Shown here piece after piece: positions 17,866 to 27,160 of a stretch of DNA of 59,110 bases. The notes under the pieces are model-generated. The model was not told the DNA's origin. It did not search any database and saw nothing but the letters and a program-made list of their open reading frames with translations. Position 1 is the first letter of the stretch; every line of letters begins with the position of its first letter. Origin of the DNA: a virus (Duplodnaviria; Caudoviricetes); the IMG/VR virus record IMGVR_UViG_3300027600_000049, positions 1 to 59,110 of that record; one strand, 5' to 3'. Both the position numbers and the translations under genes were made by a program.

Positions 17866-18816
17866 ATGGAAAAAACTGAGTACAAATTCCCCGATGAGAT
17901 GGATAAAAAGGCCAAAAAGGGTGATGAAGAGCAGGAAATTAAGATCGAAATTGAAGCCGAGGGTGAAGCCGAGGTAGAAATTGTCGATGACACGCCCAAA
18001 AACAGCAAAAAGATGGAGGAACCTCCTAAAGATGCTGATGAAGAGGAGCTTTCGCAGTACGGCGAGAAGGTCAGACGGCGGATACAGCACCTACAAAAGG
18101 GCTATCACGAGGAAAAACGCCGTACCGAACAGGCTCTGAAGGAGAGAGAAGAGGCTATTCGGGTGGCTCAAACCATCGTAGAAGAGAACAAAAAGCTCAA
18201 AGGATCCCTTAATCAAGGGCAGAATGCTCTGCTGGAGCAGGCCAAAAAGTCTGTTGCTGCGGAGATGGAGGAAGCCCGGCGCAAGTACAAAGAGGCGTAT
18301 GAAGCTGGAGATTCTCAGGCTTTAGTAGAGGCGCAGGAAGATTTGACATCCACCAAGATAAAACTTGACCGGGTGAACAATTTTAAGCCCGCCTCTTTAC
18401 AAGAAGAAGAAACTTCGGTAACAATACCGCAAAGTTCGCCTCCCACGGATCCCAAAGCGGAAAAGTGGAGAGAAACGAATCTTTGGTTTGGGTCGGACGA
18501 TGAGATGACTGGCTTTGCGCTTGTACTCCACAACAAGCTAGTCAAAAATGGAGTGGATCCGACTTCAGATGATTACTACGAGAAGGTAAATTCTCGTATG
18601 CGCCAAGTGTTCCCAGATGCCTTCGAATCTGAGGATCCCGCTGAGAAGCCTGAAAAGGAAGAACGGCGAACAAAATCGAATGTGGTTGCGCCAGCAACGA
18701 GAAGCTCTGCCCCTAAAAAGGTTGTGCTAACTCAAACCCAAGTAAATATCGCCAAACGTCTGGGCGTTCCTTTGGAACTCTATGCGCGTAAGGTTGCGGA
18801 ACAAATGAGGACTTAA
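17866..18816 (+). CDS. capsid scaffolding protein
   Basis: Acidic coiled coil upstream of capsid genes; ends AKRLGVPLELYA. Confidence 0.75.
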   Translation: MEKTEYKFPDEMDKKAKKGDEEQEIKIEIEAEGEAEVEIVDDTPKNSKKMEEPPKDADEEELSQYGEKVRRRIQHLQKGYHEEKRRTEQALKEREEAIRVAQTIVEENKKLKGSLNQGQNALLEQAKKSVAAEMEEARRKYKEAYEAGDSQALVEAQEDLTSTKIKLDRVNNFKPASLQEEETSVTIPQSSPPTDPKAEKWRETNLWFGSDDEMTGFALVLHNKLVKNGVDPTSDDYYEKVNSRMRQVFPDAFESEDPAEKPEKEERRTKSNVVAPATRSSAPKKVVLTQTQVNIAKRLGVPLELYARKVAEQMRT

Positions 18817-18818
18817 AA

Positions 18819-19277
18819 ATGACAGATGCAGTACAAACTCGCGCTAAGCGGGAAACCGAAAGCCGTGCAGGAGCAGAGCGTCCCCGTAAATGGGCACCTC
18901 CCCAACTTCTACCTGACCCTCATCCAGAGGATGGGTATGCGTTCCGTTGGATCCGCTTAAGCACACTTGGTACTTCAGATGCTCTGAATATTTCCTCGAA
19001 ACTCCGTGAAGGATGGGAGCCAGTAAAAGCATCAGAACACCCCGAAATTCGTTTGATGGGCGGACAAGCTAACCGCTTCCCAGACAGTATTGAGATCGGT
19101 GGATTGTTGCTTTGCAAAACCCCAGTGGAATTTACTATAGACCGTGATGCGTATTTTGCTAATCAGGCAGATGCACAGATGGCCTCGGTGGATAACACCT
19201 TCATGCGAGAAAGTGATCCTCGGATGCCTATGTTCAAAGAACGTAGCACCAAGGTCGTTTTTGGTAAAGGTCTTTAA
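18819..19277 (+). CDS. conserved head-region protein
   Basis: ORF track; RWIR...REGWEPV...GGLLLCK. Confidence 0.75.
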   Translation: MTDAVQTRAKRETESRAGAERPRKWAPPQLLPDPHPEDGYAFRWIRLSTLGTSDALNISSKLREGWEPVKASEHPEIRLMGGQANRFPDSIEIGGLLLCKTPVEFTIDRDAYFANQADAQMASVDNTFMRESDPRMPMFKERSTKVVFGKGL

Positions 19278-19296
19278 CTTTTTTGGAGCTTAAAAC

Positions 19297-19893
19297 ATGG
19301 CTTATCCCACTGTCTCAGCACCTTATGGCCTAAAGCCCATCAATTCAATTGATGGCAAGCCATACGCTGGTGCTTTCCGACAGATTCCCGTTGCCGCTTC
19401 TTTTGGCACTGCTATCTTCTCTGGAGATACGGTTCAAATCGACAGCACCGGCTATCTGATTCTCTCAACTACCACTAACTCTGGCACTATTGTCGGCGTG
19501 TGTGTCGGCGGTCAATATGTGAACTCCAGCGGTCAAACCGTTGAAGGTCAGTATTTGCCTGCTTCCATTAGCACCTCGGCTAACCCCGCTTATGCGTATG
19601 TTGTTGATGACCAGCAAGCACTTTTCAAAGTGGCTGTTGTGTCTTCTGGCACTACCATGAGCTCCGCAGGTCGTACCGTTGTCGGCACAAACTTGGCTTT
19701 GGTTCTCAACGCTGGAAGCACTACCACTGGTAACTCTGCTTTCGCTGTGACCTTGACCGGTGCAGGCACTACCGCCACTATCCCAATCCGTGTGATCGAT
19801 GTTGTGCCTGAGACTGCTACCGCAGCTGACACTTACACCGAATTGTTGGTGAAAATCAACACTCACCAATATAACAACACCACTGGTGTTTAA
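19297..19893 (+). CDS. capsid decoration/cement-like protein
   Basis: G/T/A-rich beta protein immediately upstream of the capsid gene. Confidence 0.7.
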   Translation: MAYPTVSAPYGLKPINSIDGKPYAGAFRQIPVAASFGTAIFSGDTVQIDSTGYLILSTTTNSGTIVGVCVGGQYVNSSGQTVEGQYLPASISTSANPAYAYVVDDQQALFKVAVVSSGTTMSSAGRTVVGTNLALVLNAGSTTTGNSAFAVTLTGAGTTATIPIRVIDVVPETATAADTYTELLVKINTHQYNNTTGV

Positions 19894-19903
19894 GGAGTAA
19901 GAA

Positions 19904-20815
19904 ATGGCAATTTCACGCGCACAACTGCTCAAGGAACTGCTCCCCGGCCTAAACGCTTTGTTTGGTTTGGAGTACGCTAAATACGGCGAAGAGCATAAAG
20001 AGATCTACGAAACCGAAACCTCGGAACGTAGCTTTGAAGAAGAAACGAAACTGTCTGGTTTCTCTGCTGCACCTGTCAAGAACGAAGGCTCTGCCATCGC
20101 TTATGACAATGCTCAGGAAGCGTGGACGGCTCGTTACAACCACGAAACCATCGCTATGGGCTTCTCCATCACGGAAGAAGCAGTGGAAGACAACTTGTAT
20201 GACTCGTTGTCCAGCCGCTACACCAAAGCTCTGGCCCGTGGTATGGCTTACACCAAGCAGGTCAAGGCCGCTTATGTGTTGAACAATGCGTTCACCACTA
20301 CAGTGACCTACGGTGACGGCGTTACCTTGTGTAGCACCGCCCACCCCTTGATCTCTGGTGGCGTTAACAGCAATCGCCCCTCCACTGGCGCTGACTTGAA
20401 TGAGACTTCTCTTGAGAATGCCGTCATTCAAATCGCAGGCTGGACGGATGAGCGTGGTTTGTTGATTGCAGCCAAGCCCAAGAAGTTGGTCGTTCCTCCT
20501 TCTTTGATGTTCGTTGCTACTCGTCTGTTGGAAACCGAACTCCGTGTCGGCACCACTGACAACGATGTCAACGCATTGAAGAACAATGGCTCGATTCCAG
20601 AAGGTTACTGCGTTAACCACTATCTGACCGACACCAACGCTTGGTTCCTGATGACTGACGTACCTAACGGTCTGAAGCACTTCATCCGTACCCCGCTGCA
20701 AAACAGCATGGACGGTGACTTCGACACTGGTAACGTTCGTTACAAGGCCCGTGAGCGTTACAGCTTCGGCGTGTCTGACCCTCTGGGCATCTTCGGATCA
20801 CCCGGTTCGTCTTGA
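19904..20815 (+). CDS. major capsid protein (Mu gpT-like)
   Basis: MAISRAQLLKELLPGLNALFG...DFDTGNVRYKARERYSFG; strongly biased codon usage; terminator follows. Confidence 0.93.
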   Translation: MAISRAQLLKELLPGLNALFGLEYAKYGEEHKEIYETETSERSFEEETKLSGFSAAPVKNEGSAIAYDNAQEAWTARYNHETIAMGFSITEEAVEDNLYDSLSSRYTKALARGMAYTKQVKAAYVLNNAFTTTVTYGDGVTLCSTAHPLISGGVNSNRPSTGADLNETSLENAVIQIAGWTDERGLLIAAKPKKLVVPPSLMFVATRLLETELRVGTTDNDVNALKNNGSIPEGYCVNHYLTDTNAWFLMTDVPNGLKHFIRTPLQNSMDGDFDTGNVRYKARERYSFGVSDPLGIFGSPGSS

Positions 20816-20852
20816 TAAATCCCAGTACGGTAGAGGTGACTGGCCTGCCACT

Positions 20853-20880
20853 AGGGCTCCTTCGGGAGCCCTTTTTATTT
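20853..20880 (+). terminator. intrinsic terminator after the capsid gene
   Basis: AGGGCTCC-TTCG-GGAGCCCT followed by a T tract. Confidence 0.92.
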
Positions 20881-20881
20881 G

Positions 20882-20910
20882 TTGCACACCATTTAAAAGC
20901 ATGATATATT
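20882..20910 (+). promoter_or_regulatory. sigma70-like promoter with extended -10
   Basis: TTGCAC-N17-TATATT, with TG upstream of the -10. Confidence 0.65.
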
Positions 20911-20917
20911 GCTTCTA

Positions 20918-20992
20918 AACCGGGAATCCCGGCGTATCAAACAGTCCCGGCTGACTGTCATGCAAGATTGATACGCTTTAACGCATGGAGAA
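20918..20992 (+). ncRNA. structured pseudoknotted RNA, candidate Mu-gpT-DE-like motif
   Basis: GCGTATCAA/TTGATACGC, ACAGTC/GACTGT, CCGGGA/TCCCGG and CATGC/GCATG pairings; downstream of a Mu gpT-like gene. Confidence 0.65.
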
Positions 20993-20998
20993 TTGAAT

Positions 20999-21523
20999 AT
21001 GGGTTTCGCTACTCACCTTGGCCCCTGGCTGTTGGGCACTGTTCGTAACACTACCGGCACCACTGTCGGCACGATTGAAAACTGCGGTGCAACCGTTGTT
21101 TCTCAAACCTTCAAAAAGAACTACACCGGTCAGGCCGCATCGGCTACCACCGACACCATTTGTGTTTTGCCTGCTGGCGCACAAATCGTTGACATCCTGA
21201 TTGATACCACTGTTGCGTTTACCGGCTCAACCGCCGCCAACGTCAGCATTGGTGACGGCACAACCGCCGCCTTGTACTGGGCCGCTACTGACGTAACTTC
21301 CGCTGGCCGTGCGGCTATCAGCAACGCAGCCGCCAAATTGGGCGCATGGTGTGGCGTGACTTCAACTGCTTCGCCTAACGGGATTGGTATTGGCGCAACG
21401 GACGTTAAAGTGATTGCCACCATGACTCCTACCGTGGCCGCAGTGACCGCAGGTACTGTGCAGTACACCATCATGTACGTTGTTGCCGACTCTAACGGTT
21501 CGCAGTTCCCAGCATCCGCTTAA
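20999..21523 (+). CDS. putative virion structural protein
   Basis: MGFATHLGP start; A/T/G-rich; GGAG RBS. Confidence 0.8.
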   Translation: MGFATHLGPWLLGTVRNTTGTTVGTIENCGATVVSQTFKKNYTGQAASATTDTICVLPAGAQIVDILIDTTVAFTGSTAANVSIGDGTTAALYWAATDVTSAGRAAISNAAAKLGAWCGVTSTASPNGIGIGATDVKVIATMTPTVAAVTAGTVQYTIMYVVADSNGSQFPASA

Positions 21524-21531
21524 TTGATCCA

Positions 21532-21555
21532 GGGGGCTTCGGCCCCCACTTTTTA
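21532..21555 (+). terminator. intrinsic terminator
   Basis: GGGGGC-TTCG-GCCCCC followed by ACTTTTT. Confidence 0.75.
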
Positions 21556-21566
21556 GGAGATTGATT

Positions 21567-22073
21567 ATGGGAATGCAAACTGACGTTAAATCAGGACACC
21601 TTAACAACTCAGGGTTTGTTGTTTTAGGGCGAAACAGGCTCAAAGCTGTTTCTATGGTTGGCACAGCCACGGCTGGAACACTGGACATCTTTGACACCGC
21701 CACAGCACCCGTTTCTGCGACATATGAGAGGGCGGCTACGCTTATCACTGTTACCAAGACCGCTCACGGATTGGTTACTGGGGATGTAGTTGGGCTTGCC
21801 TTTGCAACAGCCAGTGGGTCTTCAGGCACGAACGGCAACTACTCGATTACACGCACAGGCGCAAACACGTTTACCGTCACAGACATTAACTCTGGGACTA
21901 TTGTTGCTGGAACGGCGGCTGTATACGCATCACTGTGGCTTGCCAGCTACGATACTGGTGCGGCTGACTTGTTTGGTAATTTTGCGTTGATTCCCGGCGA
22001 AGGAATACTGGTTAAAAACGGTATTTACTTGAGCATGAGCAACCTACTTTCCGCTAATATTTACTATGGCTGA
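21567..22073 (+). CDS. putative virion structural protein
   Basis: MGMQTDVK...IPGEGIL...IYYG. Confidence 0.75.
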   Translation: MGMQTDVKSGHLNNSGFVVLGRNRLKAVSMVGTATAGTLDIFDTATAPVSATYERAATLITVTKTAHGLVTGDVVGLAFATASGSSGTNGNYSITRTGANTFTVTDINSGTIVAGTAAVYASLWLASYDTGAADLFGNFALIPGEGILVKNGIYLSMSNLLSANIYYG

Positions 22074-22809
22074 TAAAAGCTTCAACTTGGTGGGGCGCAA
22101 GCTTATGATTGCGATCCCTTGCTATGACGGCAAGGTCAACATCAAGACCGCTTTTGCCATAGCGCAACTCGTTCCCAAGTTGGACAAGATGGGTGTTGTC
22201 ATTCATTTGGTACACCTGTCTGGATGCTCAATCATCACCAAAGCACGGAACAAGCTGGTATCCAACTTCATGGATTCAGACTGTACCGATCTGCTGTTTG
22301 TGGATGCCGATGTCGTCATCAATGTGGATGCAGTAACACGGCTGTTAGCCTTGGCTACTGACCGGGACGTTGTGGCTGGAACGTATCCCCGCAGGGCAGC
22401 AGATGCCAAATTCTTCTTAGACTTTTACCTGGATGAACACAACCAGTTAGAGTTTGATGAGAACGGCCTGATGCGTGTGGAGAGCGTAGCGACAGGCTTT
22501 ATGCTGATTCGCCGCCATGTGATTGAATCCATGATCGCAGCCCATCCTGAGTGGAAGTACAAGGGTGACGGAGATGGATCAGATGAGTATGCCGTCTTTG
22601 ACTTTGCCATCATTGATGGCGAATACATTGGCGAGGATTACCTGTTCTGCCGCAGGGCCAGGGAGCATGGATTCAAGATCTATCTGGATCCGATGATCAG
22701 CCTGCCACACATTGGCACACAAGAATTCACCCGTAACTTTGAGCAAGATGCTTTGCAGCCGTTGCTCAAAGAACACGCAAAACTGCACTTGAAAGTGGCA
22801 AATGGCTAG
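22066..22809 (+). CDS. GT-A fold glycosyltransferase-like protein
   Basis: IAIPCY, ARNKLV, LLFVDAD (DxD), ATGFMLI and GEDYLFC motifs. Confidence 0.8.
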   Translation: MADKSFNLVGRKLMIAIPCYDGKVNIKTAFAIAQLVPKLDKMGVVIHLVHLSGCSIITKARNKLVSNFMDSDCTDLLFVDADVVINVDAVTRLLALATDRDVVAGTYPRRAADAKFFLDFYLDEHNQLEFDENGLMRVESVATGFMLIRRHVIESMIAAHPEWKYKGDGDGSDEYAVFDFAIIDGEYIGEDYLFCRRAREHGFKIYLDPMISLPHIGTQEFTRNFEQDALQPLLKEHAKLHLKVANG

Positions 22810-23044
22810 CCCAGCATGGCAACGCAAAGAAGGCAAGAACCCAAGTGGTGGTTTAAACGCCAAGGGTCGGGCCTCTGCGAAAAAACAGGGTATGAATCTG
22901 AAGCCTCCTCAACCAGAGGGCGGCAGCAGGCGAGACTCTTTCTGTGCAAGGATGACTGGGATGAAAAAGAAGCTCACATCCGAGAAGACGGCCAAAGATC
23001 CAAACAGTCGGATTAATAAAGCATTGCACGCTTGGAATTGTTAA
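22802..23044 (+). CDS. small basic protein (resembles DUF6321)
   Basis: GGLNAKGRAS...RRDSFCARM...W.C. Confidence 0.75.
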   Translation: MASPAWQRKEGKNPSGGLNAKGRASAKKQGMNLKPPQPEGGSRRDSFCARMTGMKKKLTSEKTAKDPNSRINKALHAWNC

Positions 23045-23063
23045 AACCTATCAAGGAGTAATT

Positions 23064-23732
23064 ATGAAGAAGATGAAACGTTTCGCTGGTCCAGAGGGAA
23101 GCATGATCGGTGGCGCAGAAGATGAGCGCCCTGCGCCTACTGGTATGTCTGAAGCAACGCAACTTGCGCCGGAAGTTACTGTAATTAACGAAAAGACGGG
23201 CGTAAAAGGCGACAAAGGAAATCGCATCGTGACAAAAGAAGAATTAAAAGCTTCTGGTTTGTCATTGCGTGACTTTTTAAACAAAGAGCGTGGCTTAACT
23301 CGCCGTGGTGAATCTGCTCCGGCAAAACCTGCCGCCAAAACTGAAAAAGCTCCTGCAAAACCTGCTCCCAAAGCGGAGGAACCAGTCAAATCTGCACCTA
23401 AAACATCGGAAACTAAGCGTGGGTTTGGCCCATACGGCGTATTTGCTGGGCCTAGCGATGAAGAAAAAGCGGCAACATATGCTCGTTATGAAGAGAATCG
23501 CAAGAAAATGGGTGCCACGGCTGCGCCAAGTGGTTCAGGCAAAATAGCGGATTCTGATTATGCAAAGTCTGTGCGATCTTCACAGGCTGCTAGTGCTGAT
23601 AGCGGGCCGCTTGGTAAGCGTATTCGTGAAGCTCTGGGCTCATCCTACAAAACTGGTGGAAGCGTTTCCAAGGCATCTAGTCGTGCCGATGGTATTGCTC
23701 AGCGTGGTAAAACTCGCGGAAAGATGTGCTAA
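23064..23732 (+). CDS. basic low-complexity protein with a GG...RADGIAQRGKT C-terminal motif
   Basis: AGGAG RBS; C-terminus shared with neighbouring genes. Confidence 0.75.
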   Translation: MKKMKRFAGPEGSMIGGAEDERPAPTGMSEATQLAPEVTVINEKTGVKGDKGNRIVTKEELKASGLSLRDFLNKERGLTRRGESAPAKPAAKTEKAPAKPAPKAEEPVKSAPKTSETKRGFGPYGVFAGPSDEEKAATYARYEENRKKMGATAAPSGSGKIADSDYAKSVRSSQAASADSGPLGKRIREALGSSYKTGGSVSKASSRADGIAQRGKTRGKMC

Positions 23733-23734
23733 TC

Positions 23735-24103
23735 ATGGCCGACACAAGTAAACGCAAAACCATGACCGTTGATGAGTATGAGCGCATGACAAATCGCCCA
23801 TATAAAAGCAAATTTAATTTTGCTGATTATCCAAAGCCTAGCTCTGGGGGTTATACCTACACGGGCGAAGGCGCTTCTGATAAAGCGGGCGCTGGGCGTG
23901 GTGGTCAGGGTGGCCCAACTGCTCAAGAGTTCAAAGAAGCCAACATGAGCGCGGCTGAGAAGAACGCCCGGCAAGATATTCTGGAAGAAAAGTACACCAG
24001 AAAAACCAAAGAGCAAGACTATGCAAAGGGTGGTAAGGTGTCAGCCTCATCCCGTGCTGACGGCATTGCACAACGGGGCAAGACTCGCGGGAAGATGTGC
24101 TGA
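23735..24103 (+). CDS. small protein with the same C-terminal motif
   Basis: Ends YAKGGKVSASSRADGIAQRGKTRGKMC. Confidence 0.75.
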   Translation: MADTSKRKTMTVDEYERMTNRPYKSKFNFADYPKPSSGGYTYTGEGASDKAGAGRGGQGGPTAQEFKEANMSAAEKNARQDILEEKYTRKTKEQDYAKGGKVSASSRADGIAQRGKTRGKMC

Positions 24104-24351
24104 TGGAAATGGCTATCTGGAATGCTATTTTGACGGCCTTTCTGGGGCTACTTGGTTGGAATCTGAAAGAGAAGTCCGATGAGATCAAACGACTTCAGAT
24201 TTTGATCAACAAAACCCGAGAAGAAATGCCAAAAGAATACGTTACCAAGGTAGACTTGCATACAGACATTGATCGGATAATGGATAGATTAGACAGGTTT
24301 GAGAATAAACTTGACCTGTTTATGAAGGAGCAGCGAAGTGCCCTCTCATAG
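24103..24351 (+). CDS. small N-anchored membrane/coiled-coil protein
   Basis: Hydrophobic N-terminus; YVTKVD...DRIMDRLDRFENKLD. Confidence 0.75.
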   Translation: MEMAIWNAILTAFLGLLGWNLKEKSDEIKRLQILINKTREEMPKEYVTKVDLHTDIDRIMDRLDRFENKLDLFMKEQRSALS

Positions 24352-24820
24352 CGCCAAACAGCACAGATTCATGGAGGCGGTGGCCCACAATCCATCGTTC
24401 GCCAAGAAAGCAGGAGTCCCACAATCCGTGGGAAAAGAGTTTGCAAAAGCCGATAAAGGCAAAACATTTTCACGAGGTGGTGACATGAAAGAATCTAAAG
24501 CAATGGTTAAGAAAGAAATTGGCTTTATGAAAGCCAAGGGCGCTCCTAAATCCATGATGAAACATGAAATGTCCGAGATGATGGGCATGAAAAAGATGGC
24601 TGGCGGCGGTATGCCTATGGCTATGAAAGACGGAAAAAAAGTTCCTGCTTTTGCTGCTGACGGCGTAGGCAAGATGAAACATGGCGGCATGGCAAAGAAA
24701 ATGATGGGTGGCGGTATGTCTTATGCCAAGGGTGGTTCTGCATCTAGTCGTGCTGATGGCATTGCTCAAAAAGGCAAGACCAAAGGCAAGATGCTTGCAA
24801 AAGGCGGCAAAGCCTGCTAA
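24338..24820 (+). CDS. K/M/G-rich protein with multiple x-x-x-GG motifs
   Basis: MPSHSAKQHRFMEAVAHNP start; ends RADGIAQKGKTKGKMLAKGGKAC. Confidence 0.75.
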   Translation: MPSHSAKQHRFMEAVAHNPSFAKKAGVPQSVGKEFAKADKGKTFSRGGDMKESKAMVKKEIGFMKAKGAPKSMMKHEMSEMMGMKKMAGGGMPMAMKDGKKVPAFAADGVGKMKHGGMAKKMMGGGMSYAKGGSASSRADGIAQKGKTKGKMLAKGGKAC

Positions 24821-24824
24821 TGCT

Positions 24825-25007
24825 ATGGCAACCTCAAAAACTGAAGCCGGAGTAGCTAGATCTTTAAAAAAAGCTGGGTTTTACGACCCAGGTAAAGATG
24901 CGTCCAAACGGCTAAGTATTATCAACAAAGTTACAACCAAGCCTCAACGGGTAAAGATGGTTGATAAATTGTTTTTAGCCAAAAAAGTTAAAGGTGCTAA
25001 AAAATGA
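24825..25007 (+). CDS. small basic protein
   Basis: C-terminal part of track ORF 24708..25007. Confidence 0.55.
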   Translation: MATSKTEAGVARSLKKAGFYDPGKDASKRLSIINKVTTKPQRVKMVDKLFLAKKVKGAKK

Positions 25008-25279
25008 GAGCAAGCCGTGGTATGGGATCAATAAACCCTTCCAAAATGCCCAAGGGGGTGAGGAAGGCTAGGCGTGATGACACTGACTTCACTCAGTACG
25101 CTGAGGGGGGTAAGGTCAACGCTGCTGGAAACTATACCAAGCCCAGCTTGCGCAAGAAGATTGTGTCGCAGGTCAAGGCAGCGGCAACTCATGGCACGGG
25201 CGCAGGCCAATGGTCAGCCCGTAAGGCGCAGCTTGTGGCTAAGAAGTACAAAGCGGCTGGAGGAGGTTATCGTGATTAA
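25004..25279 (+). CDS. small basic protein (GNYTKP...GQWSARKAQ...GGGY)
   Basis: ORF track; resembles the N-terminal half of DUF5872-like proteins. Confidence 0.7.
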   Translation: MRASRGMGSINPSKMPKGVRKARRDDTDFTQYAEGGKVNAAGNYTKPSLRKKIVSQVKAAATHGTGAGQWSARKAQLVAKKYKAAGGGYRD

Positions 25280-25397
25280 AGGACATATGGACGATTGCGC
25301 CGTGATGCAAGATGGCCCTTGCACTTGTGGCACGGATGAAATTTTAGAAGAGTTGGCACTTGAAGATGCTGGCTTGACCGCTGAAGACTTTGAATGA
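25272..25397 (+). CDS. small acidic Cys-containing protein
   Basis: AGGAGG RBS, GTG start; H.DDC...GPCTCG. Confidence 0.5.
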   Translation: MIKGHMDDCAVMQDGPCTCGTDEILEELALEDAGLTAEDFE

Positions 25398-25627
25398 AAG
25401 CACCGCAGACTTCCCTTAAAAACTGGGGCGACCAGAAATGGCGCACTAAGTCGGGGAAGCCTTCGTCAAAAACAGGTGAGAGGTATCTCCCTGAAGCCGC
25501 TATTAAGTCTTTGTCCCCTGCTGAGTACGCTGCAACAACCAAAGCTAAGCGCAAAGGTAAGGCGGCAGGTAAGCAGTTTGTGGCCCAGCCTAAAGTCATA
25601 GCAAAGAAAACAGCAGGTTTTAGATAA
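25394..25627 (+). CDS. small basic protein (SLKNWGDQKWRTKSG...GERYLP)
   Basis: ORF track; resembles DUF5872-like proteins. Confidence 0.7.
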   Translation: MKAPQTSLKNWGDQKWRTKSGKPSSKTGERYLPEAAIKSLSPAEYAATTKAKRKGKAAGKQFVAQPKVIAKKTAGFR

Positions 25628-26562
25628 TGGCATACAGCACTGGCACTTCAGCGTTCAACATGGAGTTTACGGAGATCGCCGAGGAGGCGTGGGAACGTGC
25701 TGGGCGTGAAATGCGTAGTGGCTATGACTTGCGAACAGCCCGCAGGTCAATGAATTTGATGACCATTGAATGGGCAAATCGTGGTCTAAATATGTGGACT
25801 ATCGAGGCTGGATCATTCCCTTTGACGCCAGGATTGAACACCTATGCGCTGCCATCGGACACCATTGATCTGCTGGATCATGTGATTCGAACGGGTGCAA
25901 ATAGCTCTTCAACCCAGGCAGACCTGACTATTTCCCGCATTAGTGTTTCTACTTATGCAACCATTCCCAACAAATTGCAGCAAGCTAGGCCAATCCAGGT
26001 CTGGATTCAGCGTTTGTCTGGTGAAACAAACCCCACTACTTTGCTGACAAGTGGAAGCGTTACCACCACGGCAACCACGATTACGTTGACTTCCACTGTT
26101 GGATTAGCGTCTTCTGGGTTTATCAAGCTGGACAATGAAATCATTTACTACGGCTACATCTCTGGGAACGAGATAGGTTCATGCTTCCGTGGGCAAGCTA
26201 ACACTACCGCAGCTACGCACACGACTGCTACGGCGGTATTTGTGCCCCAGCTACCAGCGGTAACAGTGTGGCCTACGCCAGATAACTCTACATCGTATGA
26301 GTTTGTGTATTACCGTATGCGCCGGATCCAAGATGCCGGGTCTGGTATCCAGGTTGCAGACATGAATTTCCGTTTCTTGCCCTGTGTAGTATCGGGTTTG
26401 GCTTACTACATTGCCATGAAGGTACCTGAATTGCAGGGCCGCATGGATATGCTGAAGATGGCATATGACGAGCAATTTACTTTGGCGGCTGGTGAAGATC
26501 ACGAGAAAGCGCCGATCAGGTTTGTGCCGAGACAGATGTTCATAGGTGGGAGTACGCCCTAA
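25627..26562 (+). CDS. head-tail adaptor / tail tubular-like protein
   Basis: EEAWERAG...TARRSMNL...EWANRGLN.W...WPTPD...GLAYYIA. Confidence 0.75.
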   Translation: MAYSTGTSAFNMEFTEIAEEAWERAGREMRSGYDLRTARRSMNLMTIEWANRGLNMWTIEAGSFPLTPGLNTYALPSDTIDLLDHVIRTGANSSSTQADLTISRISVSTYATIPNKLQQARPIQVWIQRLSGETNPTTLLTSGSVTTTATTITLTSTVGLASSGFIKLDNEIIYYGYISGNEIGSCFRGQANTTAATHTTATAVFVPQLPAVTVWPTPDNSTSYEFVYYRMRRIQDAGSGIQVADMNFRFLPCVVSGLAYYIAMKVPELQGRMDMLKMAYDEQFTLAAGEDHEKAPIRFVPRQMFIGGSTP

Positions 26563-26975
26563 TGGGTAATGCATACTCATCAGGCAAGTTTGCAATTGCT
26601 GAGTGTGACCGATGCGGGCAGCAGTTCAAACTTAAGAAGCTCAAGACCGAGGTTGTAAAGACCAAGCGGTATGAGATCAAAGTTTGTCCTGAGTGCTGGG
26701 ATCCTGATCATCCTCAATTGTTGCTGGGTATGTATCCAGTGGAGGATCCGCAGGCTCTGAGAGCGCCCAGGCGGGACACAACGTATGTCACGGCAGGGCC
26801 GAATGGCTTGCAGATTGACAATACTGGATTTGGTGGATACCCAACTGGAGGTTCCAGGGATATACAGTGGGGCTGGAGTCCGGTTGGCGGATCTAGCTTT
26901 TTTGATGTAGCACTGACGCCAAACTACTTGGTGGCAACGGCAAGTGTTGGTACAGTAACGGTTAGCACAACTTAG
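26562..26975 (+). CDS. CxxC-containing morphogenesis-region protein
   Basis: ECDRCG...VCPECWDPDHPQL. Confidence 0.75.
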   Translation: MGNAYSSGKFAIAECDRCGQQFKLKKLKTEVVKTKRYEIKVCPECWDPDHPQLLLGMYPVEDPQALRAPRRDTTYVTAGPNGLQIDNTGFGGYPTGGSRDIQWGWSPVGGSSFFDVALTPNYLVATASVGTVTVSTT

Positions 26976-26983
26976 GAGCAGAT

Positions 26984-27160
26984 ATGGACAAGAAGCAAGT
27001 TAAGGCAATTGCCGACACCGAAGCCAAGAAAATGGTCAAAGGCCATGAATCTCGTATGCACACCAAGGGCATGAAAGCCGGTGGCCCTACCAGCATGGAT
27101 CGCAAGATGTACGGGAAGAATCTTTCCCGCGCAATGAACCAGAAATCTGGGAGCAAATAA
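26984..27160 (+). CDS. small basic protein with MKAGG
   Basis: 58 aa, translated by hand; AGGAG RBS. Confidence 0.7.
   Translation: MDKKQVKAIADTEAKKMVKGHESRMHTKGMKAGGPTSMDRKMYGKNLSRAMNQKSGSK

Noticed and set aside
20918-20992. Hammerhead ribozyme or tRNA
   Set aside because: No CUGAnGA/GAAA core and no cloverleaf or T-loop; kept only as an unassigned structured RNA
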